Source: an uncultured Chloroflexota bacterium
GTDB taxonomy: Bacteria > Chloroflexota > Limnocylindria > Limnocylindrales > CSP1-4
Direction of reading: 5' to 3'
DNA: 64,000 bases
NCBI GenBank assembly: GCA_903822495.1
Contig: CAIJPD010000038.1
Location: 19,014 to 83,013, forward strand
In this document: positions 41,604-52,634 of the stretch, in pieces
Layout: every line of letters begins with the position of its first letter
Position numbering within the stretch: position 1 is the first letter of the stretch
Made by a program: the position numbers and the translations under genes
Notes under the pieces: model-generated
What the model saw: only the letters and a program-made list of their open reading frames with translations
Databases searched by the model: none
What the model was told of the DNA's origin: nothing

Positions 41604-41751
41604 TAGGGTGTCTTCGAACGAAAGGAGGTGATGTGCAGTGAGTGATAGTCCTCGTAGCTGCACCACCTCGAAGGAGATGTCCGTCTAGCCGGCTCCCTTC
41701 GGGTGGTCTAGCGAAGCCTTCGAACGCCGGCCCCCAACGGGCCGGCGTTCG
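41604..41751 (+). ncRNA. candidate structured RNA / leader element (unclassified)
   Basis: Possible promoter TTGCGC-18 nt-TAGGGT (41580-41609). GAAAGGAGGTGAT at 41620-41632. A 12-bp hairpin (41625-41638 with 41658-41669). It ends in a 13-bp terminator stem. GC content is locally lower. Confidence 0.3.
41721..41751 (+). terminator. strong hairpin CGAACGCCGGCCC-ccaac-GGGCCGGCGTTCG
   Basis: A perfect 13-bp stem 90 nt upstream of smpB. There is no long U tract. Confidence 0.55.
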
Positions 41752-41841
41752 TGCGTCCGGGTCTCCGTCCTCCGGCCGTACACTGACCATCCGTCGCGCC
41801 CTGACCGGGCGCTGCATTGCCAGCCAAGGAGTCACCCCACG

Positions 41842-42306
41842 ATGGGCGAGAAGACCATCGCCCTCAATCGACGGGCTCGTCACGAGTACCTGATCATCGA
41901 CACGATCGAGGCCGGGATCGTCCTGACCGGCTCCGAGATCAAGTCCGTGCGCGCCAACAAGGTCAACCTCTCGGACGCCTACGCCCGGATCGACCGGAAC
42001 GAGGCCTGGCTGATCGGCGCCCACATCGCCCAGTTCGCCGAGGCAAACCGCTGGAATCACGAGCCCAAGCGGGTACGCAAGCTGCTCCTCCACCGCTCGG
42101 AGATCGACGAGCTGAAGGGCCGGATGGGTGCCAAGGGGCTCTCCCTCATCCCCCTCCGCCTGTACCTCTCCGACCGCGGCCGAGCCAAGCTGGAGCTGGG
42201 GCTGGGCCGGGGCAAGCAGCTCCACGACAAGCGGCGCGACATCGCCGACCGAGAGGCCAAGCGTGATGTGGCCCGCGAGATGGCCGACGCGAGGCGCGGC
42301 CGCTAG
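41842..42306 (+). CDS. smpB: SsrA-binding protein
   Basis: ..NRRARHEYLIIDTIEAGIVLTGSEIKS.., ..KLLLHR.. and a basic C-terminal tail. Confidence 0.96.
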   Translation: MGEKTIALNRRARHEYLIIDTIEAGIVLTGSEIKSVRANKVNLSDAYARIDRNEAWLIGAHIAQFAEANRWNHEPKRVRKLLLHRSEIDELKGRMGAKGLSLIPLRLYLSDRGRAKLELGLGRGKQLHDKRRDIADREAKRDVAREMADARRGR

Positions 42307-42437
42307 CCGTCGTCACGCACCCACGGAGCTGTCTCCACGCACCGCCGACCAGGCCTGTCCCCTGGAGCAACACCGGTCCTGGCGGGCCTGGCCGGCCAGG
42401 AGTAGACTTCCTCTCCCGAACAGTCGTTCGGTCCTGT

Positions 42438-42809
42438 GGGGATGTGTGGTTTCGACAGGGCTTGGCTGTCGGTGAGCGCGAGCCGAGGTGCCGTCAGGCC
42501 TCGTTAAACAGGCGGCAAAAGAAGTAACTGCCAACAAGCAGTCGACTCTCGCTCTCGCCGCGTAAGCGGTAAAGCAAGCGTGGAAGCAGCCTCAGGTCCG
42601 TGGGTTGTGGAAGCGTCATGCAGCGGACCTGCGACCCGGATAAGTGTTGCGTAGTCCGGAGCCAAGCTCGATCTAGAGGCACGTGACTGGACCCAGGGGG
42701 AGAGTGCCGATCCCCGCCCCTCGGGTTGACGAAAACGATCGGACACGCTCGTAGTGGTTGCCGGCGAAGGGTTCTGGACGGGGAGTTCGACTCTCCCCCA
42801 TCTCCACCA
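42438..42809 (+). ncRNA. ssrA: tmRNA (SsrA), one-piece
   Basis: 5' end GGGGATGTGTGGTTTCGACAGGG. Tag ORF GCC..TAA (42530-42565) encodes ANKQSTLALAA. 3' end GGAGTTCGACTCTCCCCCATCTCCACCA. Confidence 0.93.
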
Positions 42810-42819
42810 ATGATTCTCT

Positions 42820-42847
42820 CAGCGCCAGCTGTCGATCTGGCGCGCTG
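42820..42847 (+). terminator. hairpin after ssrA
   Basis: CAGCGCCAG-ctgtcgat-CTGGCG(CG)CTG. Confidence 0.4.
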
Positions 42848-42897
42848 CCGTTCGTCGTCCTCATGCACGGGCGACGAGTGATCGCCCTTGGCGACGC

Positions 42898-43282
42898 GTG
42901 ACGAGGCCCGGCCTCGTCACCACGGAGGACGATCCAACCGCGAACGCCCTGCTCGCCAGGCACGGCGGCGGCATGCCAGAGACCGGCGAGGCCAAGGCCC
43001 GGGTCACGGCGGCCTTGAACGCGTGGCTCGGCAGCCTGGGCGATCTCGCCCGATGGATCGGTCAGGGATGCGACCCCGGCGCCGACCGGCTACAGCGTGA
43101 TCAAGGCGGAGGGCCTGGACCGCGCGGTCGAGCCGTCCAACGGCTGCCCGGTCCTCGCGGATGGCGCCGTCGTCCCCGTCTCCGAGAGGTGCAACGCCAT
43201 GGAGCCGCGCCTCGGGGTAGCCCGGGGTGGCGCTCGCGGCCGTCCCCCCGGGCCGGGCGGCCGTTTGGCGCGTCGGGCCTAG
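42898..43282 (+). pseudogene. possible frameshifted small ORF (unknown family)
   Basis: High third-codon GC follows frame 1 from 42898 to about 43085, then switches to frame 2 through the TAG at 43280. Neither frame alone gives a convincing protein. Confidence 0.3.
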
Positions 43283-43292
43283 ACTCTGCTCG

Positions 43293-43514
43293 ATGACGGA
43301 CGACACGGCCCCGGAGCCGGACCTCTCCGAGATGGACCCGACCGAGGCCGAACGCGCCCGGCGGCGGGACCACGACGCCGCCGAGGAGCAGCGCGCCCTG
43401 CTGCGGCCCGGGATGGGCAAGGTCTTCAAGCAGATCCAGGACGCGCAGCGACGCGTCGCCGACGAGCTGGCCACGAAGCCGGCGAGGGCCACGAAGCGCC
43501 GGGGGAAGGGCTAG
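43293..43514 (+). CDS. hypothetical small charged protein (73 aa)
   Basis: MTDDTAPEPDLSEMDPTEAERARRR.. Third-codon GC is very high. No family recognised. Confidence 0.55.
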   Translation: MTDDTAPEPDLSEMDPTEAERARRRDHDAAEEQRALLRPGMGKVFKQIQDAQRRVADELATKPARATKRRGKG

Positions 43515-43598
43515 GCAGCGTCGCCTGGTCTGCGACCGGACATACTGCGCCAGGCTCGGTGGGCCGGGCCGGGAACAGACCCGACGCATGGAGAGGCG

Positions 43599-45970
<2,372 letters not shown>

Positions 45971-45989
<19 letters not shown>

Positions 45990-47575
45990 CCCGTGATCCG
46001 GCGGATCTCGCGGTAGAGCGGCTGCAATCGGCCGTACATCGGCAGGTAGACGGATCGAAAGAGGTCGTCATACAGGCGGGCGCGCGCCGCATCCGGCTCG
46101 TAGCGCTGCGCGGTCCGGACCATCTCGACCACGGCGGTCTCGGGATCGGGGTGGATGCCCAGGCCCAGCATGACGTCGATGGCGGCGCCCAGGCCGGCCG
46201 CTTCGTGGGTGTGGGGCGTGGCCGCCGGCACCCCGAAGACGTCAGCGAAGAGCTGGACCGCGCCGGCCGACTGCGACCCACCGCCGCCCACCCGCAACTC
46301 GCGAATTCCCACCCCTGTCCGCGCCACAGTCTTCTCGGCCGATTCGCGGAGCGCGTAGGCGAGGCCCTCGATGATGGCCCGGTAGACGTGGGCCCGGCCG
46401 TGCACGTCCCCGAAGCCCAGGATCGCGCCCTTGGATTCGGGTCCGGGATAGCGGACGCCCGGGCTCCAGTACGGTTGAAGCATCAGGCCCATCGCCCCCG
46501 GCGGCGTCGCATGCAGCAGGTCCTCGAAGAGCGCTTCGGGTGGCACGCCGGATGCCGCGGCCCGGACCACCTCGGAGGTGCCCAGCTCGCGTCGGAACCA
46601 CTCAACCAGCCAGAACCCGCGCGAGATCTGCAGCTCGGTGAACCAGGCGCCCGGGATGGCCGCCGGGTAGGGTGGCACCAGCGGGATCGCCTCCACGTAG
46701 CGGCGGTGGGTGGTCCCGACCGTCGCCGTGGTCCCGAACGAGAGCGCCGCGAGGTCGGGTGCCAGGGCGCCAACGCCCAGCGCCTCGCACTGCTTGTCGC
46801 CCGCCGCGGCGATGACCGGCAACCCCGCCGCCACACCCAGGTGTTCCGCGGCCGCCGGGGCCAGCCGGCCCAGCTCGCCCGTCGGAGGCACAAGGTCCGG
46901 CAGCCAGTCCCGATCGAACGGGGCGACCTGCCACTTCCAGTCGAGCCGGCCGGACCAGCGGGACCGCTTGAAGTCGAAGGGCAGGTAGCCCACCTGGGCC
47001 GCGGCCGAATCGACCCAGCGCTCCACGAGGCGCGTGGTGAGCCACGCCGACAGCAAGCCGTAGCGCCGGATGCGCTTCCACGTGGAGGGCTCATGCGTCC
47101 TGATCCAGTTGGCCTCGCAGTCGGCCTGGAAACGCGCCACGGTCTCGGTCACGCCGCTCAGCCGGAAGGCCGCGCCCCACGCGCCACCGACCGGCGGCAG
47201 CCCCTCGGTCCGGCGCTGGTCCAGCCAGACGATGGCGGGCCGGAGCGGCGTGCCGCGCTCGTCTGACACGACCACCGTGGTCCGCTGCGTGGTCAGGCCG
47301 ATCCCCGCCACGGATGCCGCGTCCGCCGCCGGGTCCGCCCAGAGCCGGCGGCAGGCCTCGCCCATGGCCGCCCACCAGACCTCGGGGTCCTGTTCGGCCC
47401 AGCCGGGCTGCGGCGAGTCGTACGGCTCGATCGCCACGCGGGCCATCGCGACCACCGTGCCGCGCGGATCGATGAGCATCACGCGCACGCTCTGCGTCCC
47501 GACGTCAATCGCCAGGGCGCGATCGGCATGGCCTGACAGTGGCGGTGGCACGGCGATTCCTCCTTGGGGGCCCAT
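45971..47575 (-). CDS. FGGY family carbohydrate kinase
   Basis: 534 aa containing ..ALAIDVGTQSVRVMLID.. and ..GGGSQS... Its 3' end overlaps the convergent UvrA-paralog end by 19 nt. Confidence 0.85.
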
Positions 47576-47731
47576 GGTGGGGCAGCGGGCGCCGCCCTGC
47601 CGGCCCGGGATGCGGCGGCGCGCCCGTCAGCCTTGATCAAACCCCGGGGACCGGCGTGGGGTGAGCCAGGACCCGGGTGTGCGCCTGGGTTGGGGGTTGC
47701 GCCGGACCGCCGGCCGGTCCACGATCCTGCC

Positions 47732-48517
47732 GTGAGCAGCGCGACCACCACGGCCTCGGACACGCGCCAGCCCGCGGTGAGCGCGCGGGCCCTGGTCAAG
47801 GCCTTCGGCCTCATCCGCGCCGTCGACGGGATCGACCTGTCCCTGGCGCCCGGCAGGATCTATGGACTCCTTGGCCCCAACGGCTCGGGCAAGACCACCC
47901 TGATCCGGCTCCTGATCGGCCTCGCCCGACCCACGTCCGGGGAGGCGCGGATCCTGGGGACGCCGATGCCGTCGCGGGCGGCGCTGGCTCGCATCGGCTA
48001 TATGCCCCAGGGCGAGGCCATCTACCCCGACCTCTCGGTGGCCGAGAACCTGGCCTTCTTCGCGGCGCTCCAGGGCACCCGCGACGGGGCCGCCATCGAG
48101 CGCGTCCTGGACCTGATCGAGCTGGGCGGCCGGCGGAACACCCCGGCGGCCAACCTTTCCGGCGGGATGCGGCGGCGCCTCTCCCTGGCATGCGCCCTGG
48201 TCCACCAGCCACCCGTCGTCTTCCTGGACGAACCCACCGTGGGCGTGGACCCGGCGCTCCGTGTCCAGTTCTGGGCCCACTTCCGCGCGCTGGCCGCCGC
48301 CGGTACCACGATCGTTGTCGCCAGCCACGTGATGGACGAGGCCGACCGCTGCGACGAGCTGCTCTTCGTCCGGGCGGGCCAGGTCATCGCCCACGGCACC
48401 GGGGCGTCGCTGCGTGCGGAGGCCGGCACTGACGACCTCGAGACGGCCTTCCTCCGGTTCTCGGGGCTGGGCCCGGATGGCCAGCCCCTGCCGGGGTTGA
48501 CGGCGAGCGGCTCGTGA
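47732..48517 (+). CDS. ABC transporter ATP-binding protein (DrrA-like, ABC-2 type)
   Basis: GTG at 47732. Contains ..GLLGPNGSGKTT.., ..LSGGMRRRL.. and ..VVFLDEPT... Confidence 0.9.
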   Translation: MSSATTTASDTRQPAVSARALVKAFGLIRAVDGIDLSLAPGRIYGLLGPNGSGKTTLIRLLIGLARPTSGEARILGTPMPSRAALARIGYMPQGEAIYPDLSVAENLAFFAALQGTRDGAAIERVLDLIELGGRRNTPAANLSGGMRRRLSLACALVHQPPVVFLDEPTVGVDPALRVQFWAHFRALAAAGTTIVVASHVMDEADRCDELLFVRAGQVIAHGTGASLRAEAGTDDLETAFLRFSGLGPDGQPLPGLTASGS

Positions 48518-49752
48518 GCCTCGCCCGGACGCTGGCCGTCGCCCGGCGAATCGTTGCCGGATTCCGGCGCGACCATCGTTCGCTGGCGCTGGTCGTCGTG
48601 GTCCCCATCGTGATCACGGCGCTCCTGGCGTGGGTAATCCGCGGCTCGATCCCGGGCACGACGCGCGTGGCGATCGGGAACCAGGCGGGCGTCACCGGTG
48701 ACCGCATGATTGCCATCCTCCGGGCGGCGGCTCCGCCCGTGGGCGCGGCCGGCGGAGGCACCAACGGCGTCGAGATCGAGTTGGTGGGCGATGGCCCCGC
48801 CGCCCGTGATCGCGTCAAGGCCGGCAGCGCGCAGGTGGCGGTGATCCTGCCGGCCGATCTCGCGGCGGCGGCGGCGGGCGGGATGGTCACGCTCACCGTG
48901 GTGACCCAGGGGACCGACCCGGCGGTCGACAGCCAGGCTGTCGCGGCCCTGCAGCAGTTGGTGATCCGGGCGGCAGGCTCCATGGGTTCGCTGGGAGTGC
49001 CACCGGCCGGGGCAGGGGCCGTCGTCGGTCCGGGCACGGCCGCACCCGTCCTCCCCACCATCAGGATTGCCCACGAGACCATCTTCCTGTCACCCGACGC
49101 GGATACCCTCAACGTCATGGCTCCGGTCTTCCTGGGCTACTTCGCGTACTTCTTCGTCTTCATCCTGACCGGGATCAGCTTCCTCCGGGAGCGGATGGGT
49201 GGGACCCTGGAGCGCCTCCTCGCGACCCCGGTCAGCCGGCTCGAGATCGTCCTGGGCTACGGCCTGGGATTTGGCCTGCTGGCCACGGTGCAGGTGGTGC
49301 TGATGACCGCGTTCACCCTGGGGCGGGTCCCGGTCCCGGCGATCGGCCCGATCGGCGAGTGGGGCGTGGGCCTGGGGATCTCGTCCGCCGGCAGCCCGAT
49401 CCTTGCCTTCGTCGTCGTGCTGCTGCTGGCGATCGGCGCGGTCAACCTGGGGATCTTCCTCTCGACGTTCGCCCGGACGGAGCTCCAGATCGTCCAGTTC
49501 ATCCCGATCGTCATCGTGCCCCAGGGGCTGCTGTCGGGGATCTTCTGGCCGGTCGAGCGGCTGCCGGCCCTGCTCCAGGCCGTGGCCCACGTGCTGCCGG
49601 TCACCTACGCGGTGGACGCGCTGCGCGCGATCATGCTCCGCGGCGATGGCCTGGGCGATCCTGGGCTCGCCCTCGACGTGGCGGTGCTCGCGCTGGTGGC
49701 GGCGCTGTTCGTGATGCTGGCCAGCCTGACCATCAAGCGCGACATCGCGTAG
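48514..49752 (+). CDS. ABC-2 type transporter permease with a large extracytoplasmic loop
   Basis: 412 aa. The GTG overlaps the ATPase stop (GTGA). The C-terminal half has ~6 TM helices. Confidence 0.8.
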   Translation: MSLARTLAVARRIVAGFRRDHRSLALVVVVPIVITALLAWVIRGSIPGTTRVAIGNQAGVTGDRMIAILRAAAPPVGAAGGGTNGVEIELVGDGPAARDRVKAGSAQVAVILPADLAAAAAGGMVTLTVVTQGTDPAVDSQAVAALQQLVIRAAGSMGSLGVPPAGAGAVVGPGTAAPVLPTIRIAHETIFLSPDADTLNVMAPVFLGYFAYFFVFILTGISFLRERMGGTLERLLATPVSRLEIVLGYGLGFGLLATVQVVLMTAFTLGRVPVPAIGPIGEWGVGLGISSAGSPILAFVVVLLLAIGAVNLGIFLSTFARTELQIVQFIPIVIVPQGLLSGIFWPVERLPALLQAVAHVLPVTYAVDALRAIMLRGDGLGDPGLALDVAVLALVAALFVMLASLTIKRDIA

Positions 49753-49833
49753 GGCGAGGTGGCCGGCCCGGGCGGGTCAGGGCCCTGGGGACGTCCCGAC
49801 CGGCGTGACGACGTCGAGCCTCGCGGGGCGCAA

Positions 49834-52053
49834 TCAGCGCACGCTGGCAGATGGCTGGGGCAACGTCGAGCGCGGCACCTTGATCACCTGGTCCACCCGG
49901 AGGATCACCGTCGTGGGGAACCCGTTGAGCGCCGCGATGGCCGCGACCGTGGTGTTGTAGGTCGTGGCGATCTTCCAGAGCGAGTCTCCGTAGAGGATCT
50001 TGTACTCGAAGTACGGAGCGGTGGGAACGGGCACGGGGGTGGGCGCTGGCGTTGGCGTCGGGGTTGGCTCGGGCGTCGGAGCCGGCGTGGGCGTGGGCGT
50101 GGGCGTCGGAGCCGGGCTGGGCGTGGGCTGGGGGGCGAGCGTCGGAACCTGGCTGGGGGTCGCCAGTTGCGCCAGCTGGCCGCCCGGGTCGCCGGTGGAG
50201 TCCACGGATGTCGCTGCGGGTCCCCCACCCACCACCGACACCAGCACGACGCTCGCGGCGACGACGAGGAGCAGCGCGCCGACGCCCGCGACCGGGTTGG
50301 CGACCCTGCGTCGTCTGCGGTCCCCGCGCGTCTGGTACGGTCGCAGCTCGGCCGCATCGCCGCGTCGTCGCGACCCCCCGGATCGCCGCCGCGCGGACAG
50401 CCTCGCGGTCGCGGGTGGGTCGAGCGGGGAGCCGGTGGACTCGTTGCCTGCGAGGTCGTGATCGGGCTCCGGCTCGTCGGCCGCGGTCGCATCGGGTAGC
50501 GTCGCGAGCGCGTCGGGCAGCGGCGCGGCCGGATCGCCCACGGCGTCGTGATCCGGGACCGACTCCGCTTCGAACGTGGCGTCCCACGAGGATTCGAACG
50601 ACCGGGGCGCAGGACCGAGGCGGTCGGCCATCACGGCTGCCTCGATCGACTCGGCGGGCGCCACGGCAGCCTCGGCTCGGATGACATCCTCGGGCTGAGG
50701 CCAGGGAACCCCGATTGCGTCGTCGACCTGATCGACGAGAGCCGGGACCGGGCCCGGACGGACGTCATCGAGCCCGGATCGATCTGGTGGGATGGAGAAC
50801 AGGAGGCGGCGGAACGTTCCCAGGACGGCGCCGCGCTCGACCGGCTCCAGTGGGGGCAAGGACCCGGCGGCAACCAGCGCGCGCTGGGGAGTGCTCCGCC
50901 GGCGTCGACCGAGCCCGACCTCCAGCACAACGATGAGCCCGAGCAGCGCCGCAACCACGCCGAAGAGCAGCACCGGATCGGTGGCCACGCGCCCGAGGAT
51001 CCATCCCGGGGCAAAGCCGGTCACCTCGATCACCGCGGCCTGCTCGGACACCACGGTCAGGGTTCGACTCGTGGCCACGAACTGGAACGTCCACAGACCG
51101 GCACCCAGGCCGCCGGGCCGCCGATAGGTGAAGCGTTGCTCGGTCAGGGCCACCGGAAGCGAGGCGAGCGTGGCGAGACGCAGGTGATCGACCTCCTGCC
51201 CGTCTCGAAGGACGTCCACCGAGAGAACGACAGGTCCCTCGACCTGGGCGAGATTGTTCTGAATGATGGCCACTAGCTCAACCGCCGCGATGTCCCCGTG
51301 TTCGTCCGCGATCGGTCGAGCGTCAGCCGTGGCAAACGACGCACCTGACTCGGTGAACCGGATGCTCAGTCGGTCCCCGGCAGCCACCGAGACCTGGCGA
51401 CTGTCCGCGATGACACCCTTGACCGCAATGGTGGCCGTGTAGGTGCCGGGCGCGACGTCGCGACTCAGCGTCGCCGCGGACACGGCGTCGATGGGGATTG
51501 CGCCGGCTGGTCCAACAAACGCCAGCACAAGGTCTGCCGTCAGCGGTCGTCCCCCGTCGCTGCTGACCACCGTGATGGTGACCCGGCCCCGGGCCGCGAC
51601 AACGTCGATGTAGAACGAGAACGAGATCAGCCCCCGGGAGATCCCGCCAACCTCGGGCGCGGCACTCGCGCCGGGCGGTGCGATATCGGCCCGTGCGAGC
51701 TCGCCCGCGAGTTGGTAATGACCGGGCGAGACACCGCCGTCAACGCTGACCAGGACGGGCAGGACCCGTGTCTCCCCGGCCGCGATCGTCACGACCGGAC
51801 CATCGACGAGCCCGACCACGAAGCCGCGCGGCGCGATTGCAGGTAGCCGAACCTGGACGGCAGTCGACAGCGAGTTGTGTGCCGTCAACGATGCTCGAAT
51901 CGTCGCTCCCGTCCCGGCCGCGACGGGTATCGAGACGCCCGCGGGGAGCGAGAAGGAGCCTGACAGGGCATCGTCAGCCGCTACTTGCGGCAGCGAACCC
52001 AGGGACCCTGCCAGGAGGGTCAGCAACAGGACGGACAACAGGGACGGGCCCAT
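49834..52053 (-). CDS. LysM domain membrane protein (signal peptide, large beta-rich ectodomain, 2 TM helices, PT linker, C-terminal LysM)
   Basis: C-terminus YKILYGDSLWKIATTYNTTVAAIAALNG..VDQVIKVP. The ATG at 52053 gives signal peptide MGPSLLSVLLLTLLAG. The track start is 52119. Confidence 0.8.
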   Translation of the reverse strand: MGPSLLSVLLLTLLAGSLGSLPQVAADDALSGSFSLPAGVSIPVAAGTGATIRASLTAHNSLSTAVQVRLPAIAPRGFVVGLVDGPVVTIAAGETRVLPVLVSVDGGVSPGHYQLAGELARADIAPPGASAAPEVGGISRGLISFSFYIDVVAARGRVTITVVSSDGGRPLTADLVLAFVGPAGAIPIDAVSAATLSRDVAPGTYTATIAVKGVIADSRQVSVAAGDRLSIRFTESGASFATADARPIADEHGDIAAVELVAIIQNNLAQVEGPVVLSVDVLRDGQEVDHLRLATLASLPVALTEQRFTYRRPGGLGAGLWTFQFVATSRTLTVVSEQAAVIEVTGFAPGWILGRVATDPVLLFGVVAALLGLIVVLEVGLGRRRRSTPQRALVAAGSLPPLEPVERGAVLGTFRRLLFSIPPDRSGLDDVRPGPVPALVDQVDDAIGVPWPQPEDVIRAEAAVAPAESIEAAVMADRLGPAPRSFESSWDATFEAESVPDHDAVGDPAAPLPDALATLPDATAADEPEPDHDLAGNESTGSPLDPPATARLSARRRSGGSRRRGDAAELRPYQTRGDRRRRRVANPVAGVGALLLVVAASVVLVSVVGGGPAATSVDSTGDPGGQLAQLATPSQVPTLAPQPTPSPAPTPTPTPTPAPTPEPTPTPTPAPTPVPVPTAPYFEYKILYGDSLWKIATTYNTTVAAIAALNGFPTTVILRVDQVIKVPRSTLPQPSASVR

Positions 52054-52172
52054 ACGGTATCGCCGCAGCGTGGCGGATGCGGCACTGCTCCTGGACGCAG
52101 CGCCCTGCCACGGCTTCACCAGGTGCGCTGCGCAGAGGTCGACGGCAATTGGGGATCCCTAGCATGCACACC

Positions 52173-52202
52173 TTGCCATGTGCAGGTGTACCACCGTACA
52201 AT
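52173..52202 (+). promoter_or_regulatory. sigma70-type promoter candidate (TTGCCA-18 nt-TACAAT)
   Basis: Read directly in the divergent spacer. The -35 is flanked by the inverted repeat TGCACA-N8-TGTGCA (52165-52184). Confidence 0.45.
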
Positions 52203-52313
52203 ACGCAGTCCAACCGGGCGCCGTGTCGGTGACACACGTCAGGCAACGCCTTCTCATACCTGCGTACGCGTCTCTCCAACCGAGACGATGGGACGCTACG
52301 GAGGTTCCGTTTC

Positions 52314-52631
52314 GTGGGCATTGCGTCGACCATCCAGCTTGCCGAGGCTGCCGGTGAGCAGCTCCACCGGGCCATCGTCGCGTGCGAGACGGCTGCCGAC
52401 GCCGCGGACAGGAGCGCCGCGATCCTCGCGACGAGCGATGATGAGGAGGGTCCCATCGTCGCCAGCCGATCTGCGGCCGCGGCGTGGCGTGACGAGCTGC
52501 GGGTCGTCGCTCGAGAGCTTGGCCAGGTCACGGCCGATCTGGACCGCCTTGTCGCAGATCTCGGATCGGTCCAGCGGCGCCTGTCGCCCACTCCGTCGCG
52601 AGCTGCGGACGCCCCCAACCGCCCGGAATAG
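52314..52631 (+). CDS. hypothetical helical/coiled-coil protein
   Basis: 105 aa with a GTG start, 3 nt before the next gene. No family recognised. Confidence 0.5.
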   Translation: MGIASTIQLAEAAGEQLHRAIVACETAADAADRSAAILATSDDEEGPIVASRSAAAAWRDELRVVARELGQVTADLDRLVADLGSVQRRLSPTPSRAADAPNRPE

Positions 52632-52634
52632 CCG

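Noticed and set aside
41642-41893. An 83-aa ORF starting 13 nt after the strong SD-like sequence.
   Set aside because: Third-codon positions are A/T-rich and mixed, unlike real genes here. It runs through the 13-bp terminator stem and into the smpB start, and its composition is Arg/Ser/Pro-rich.
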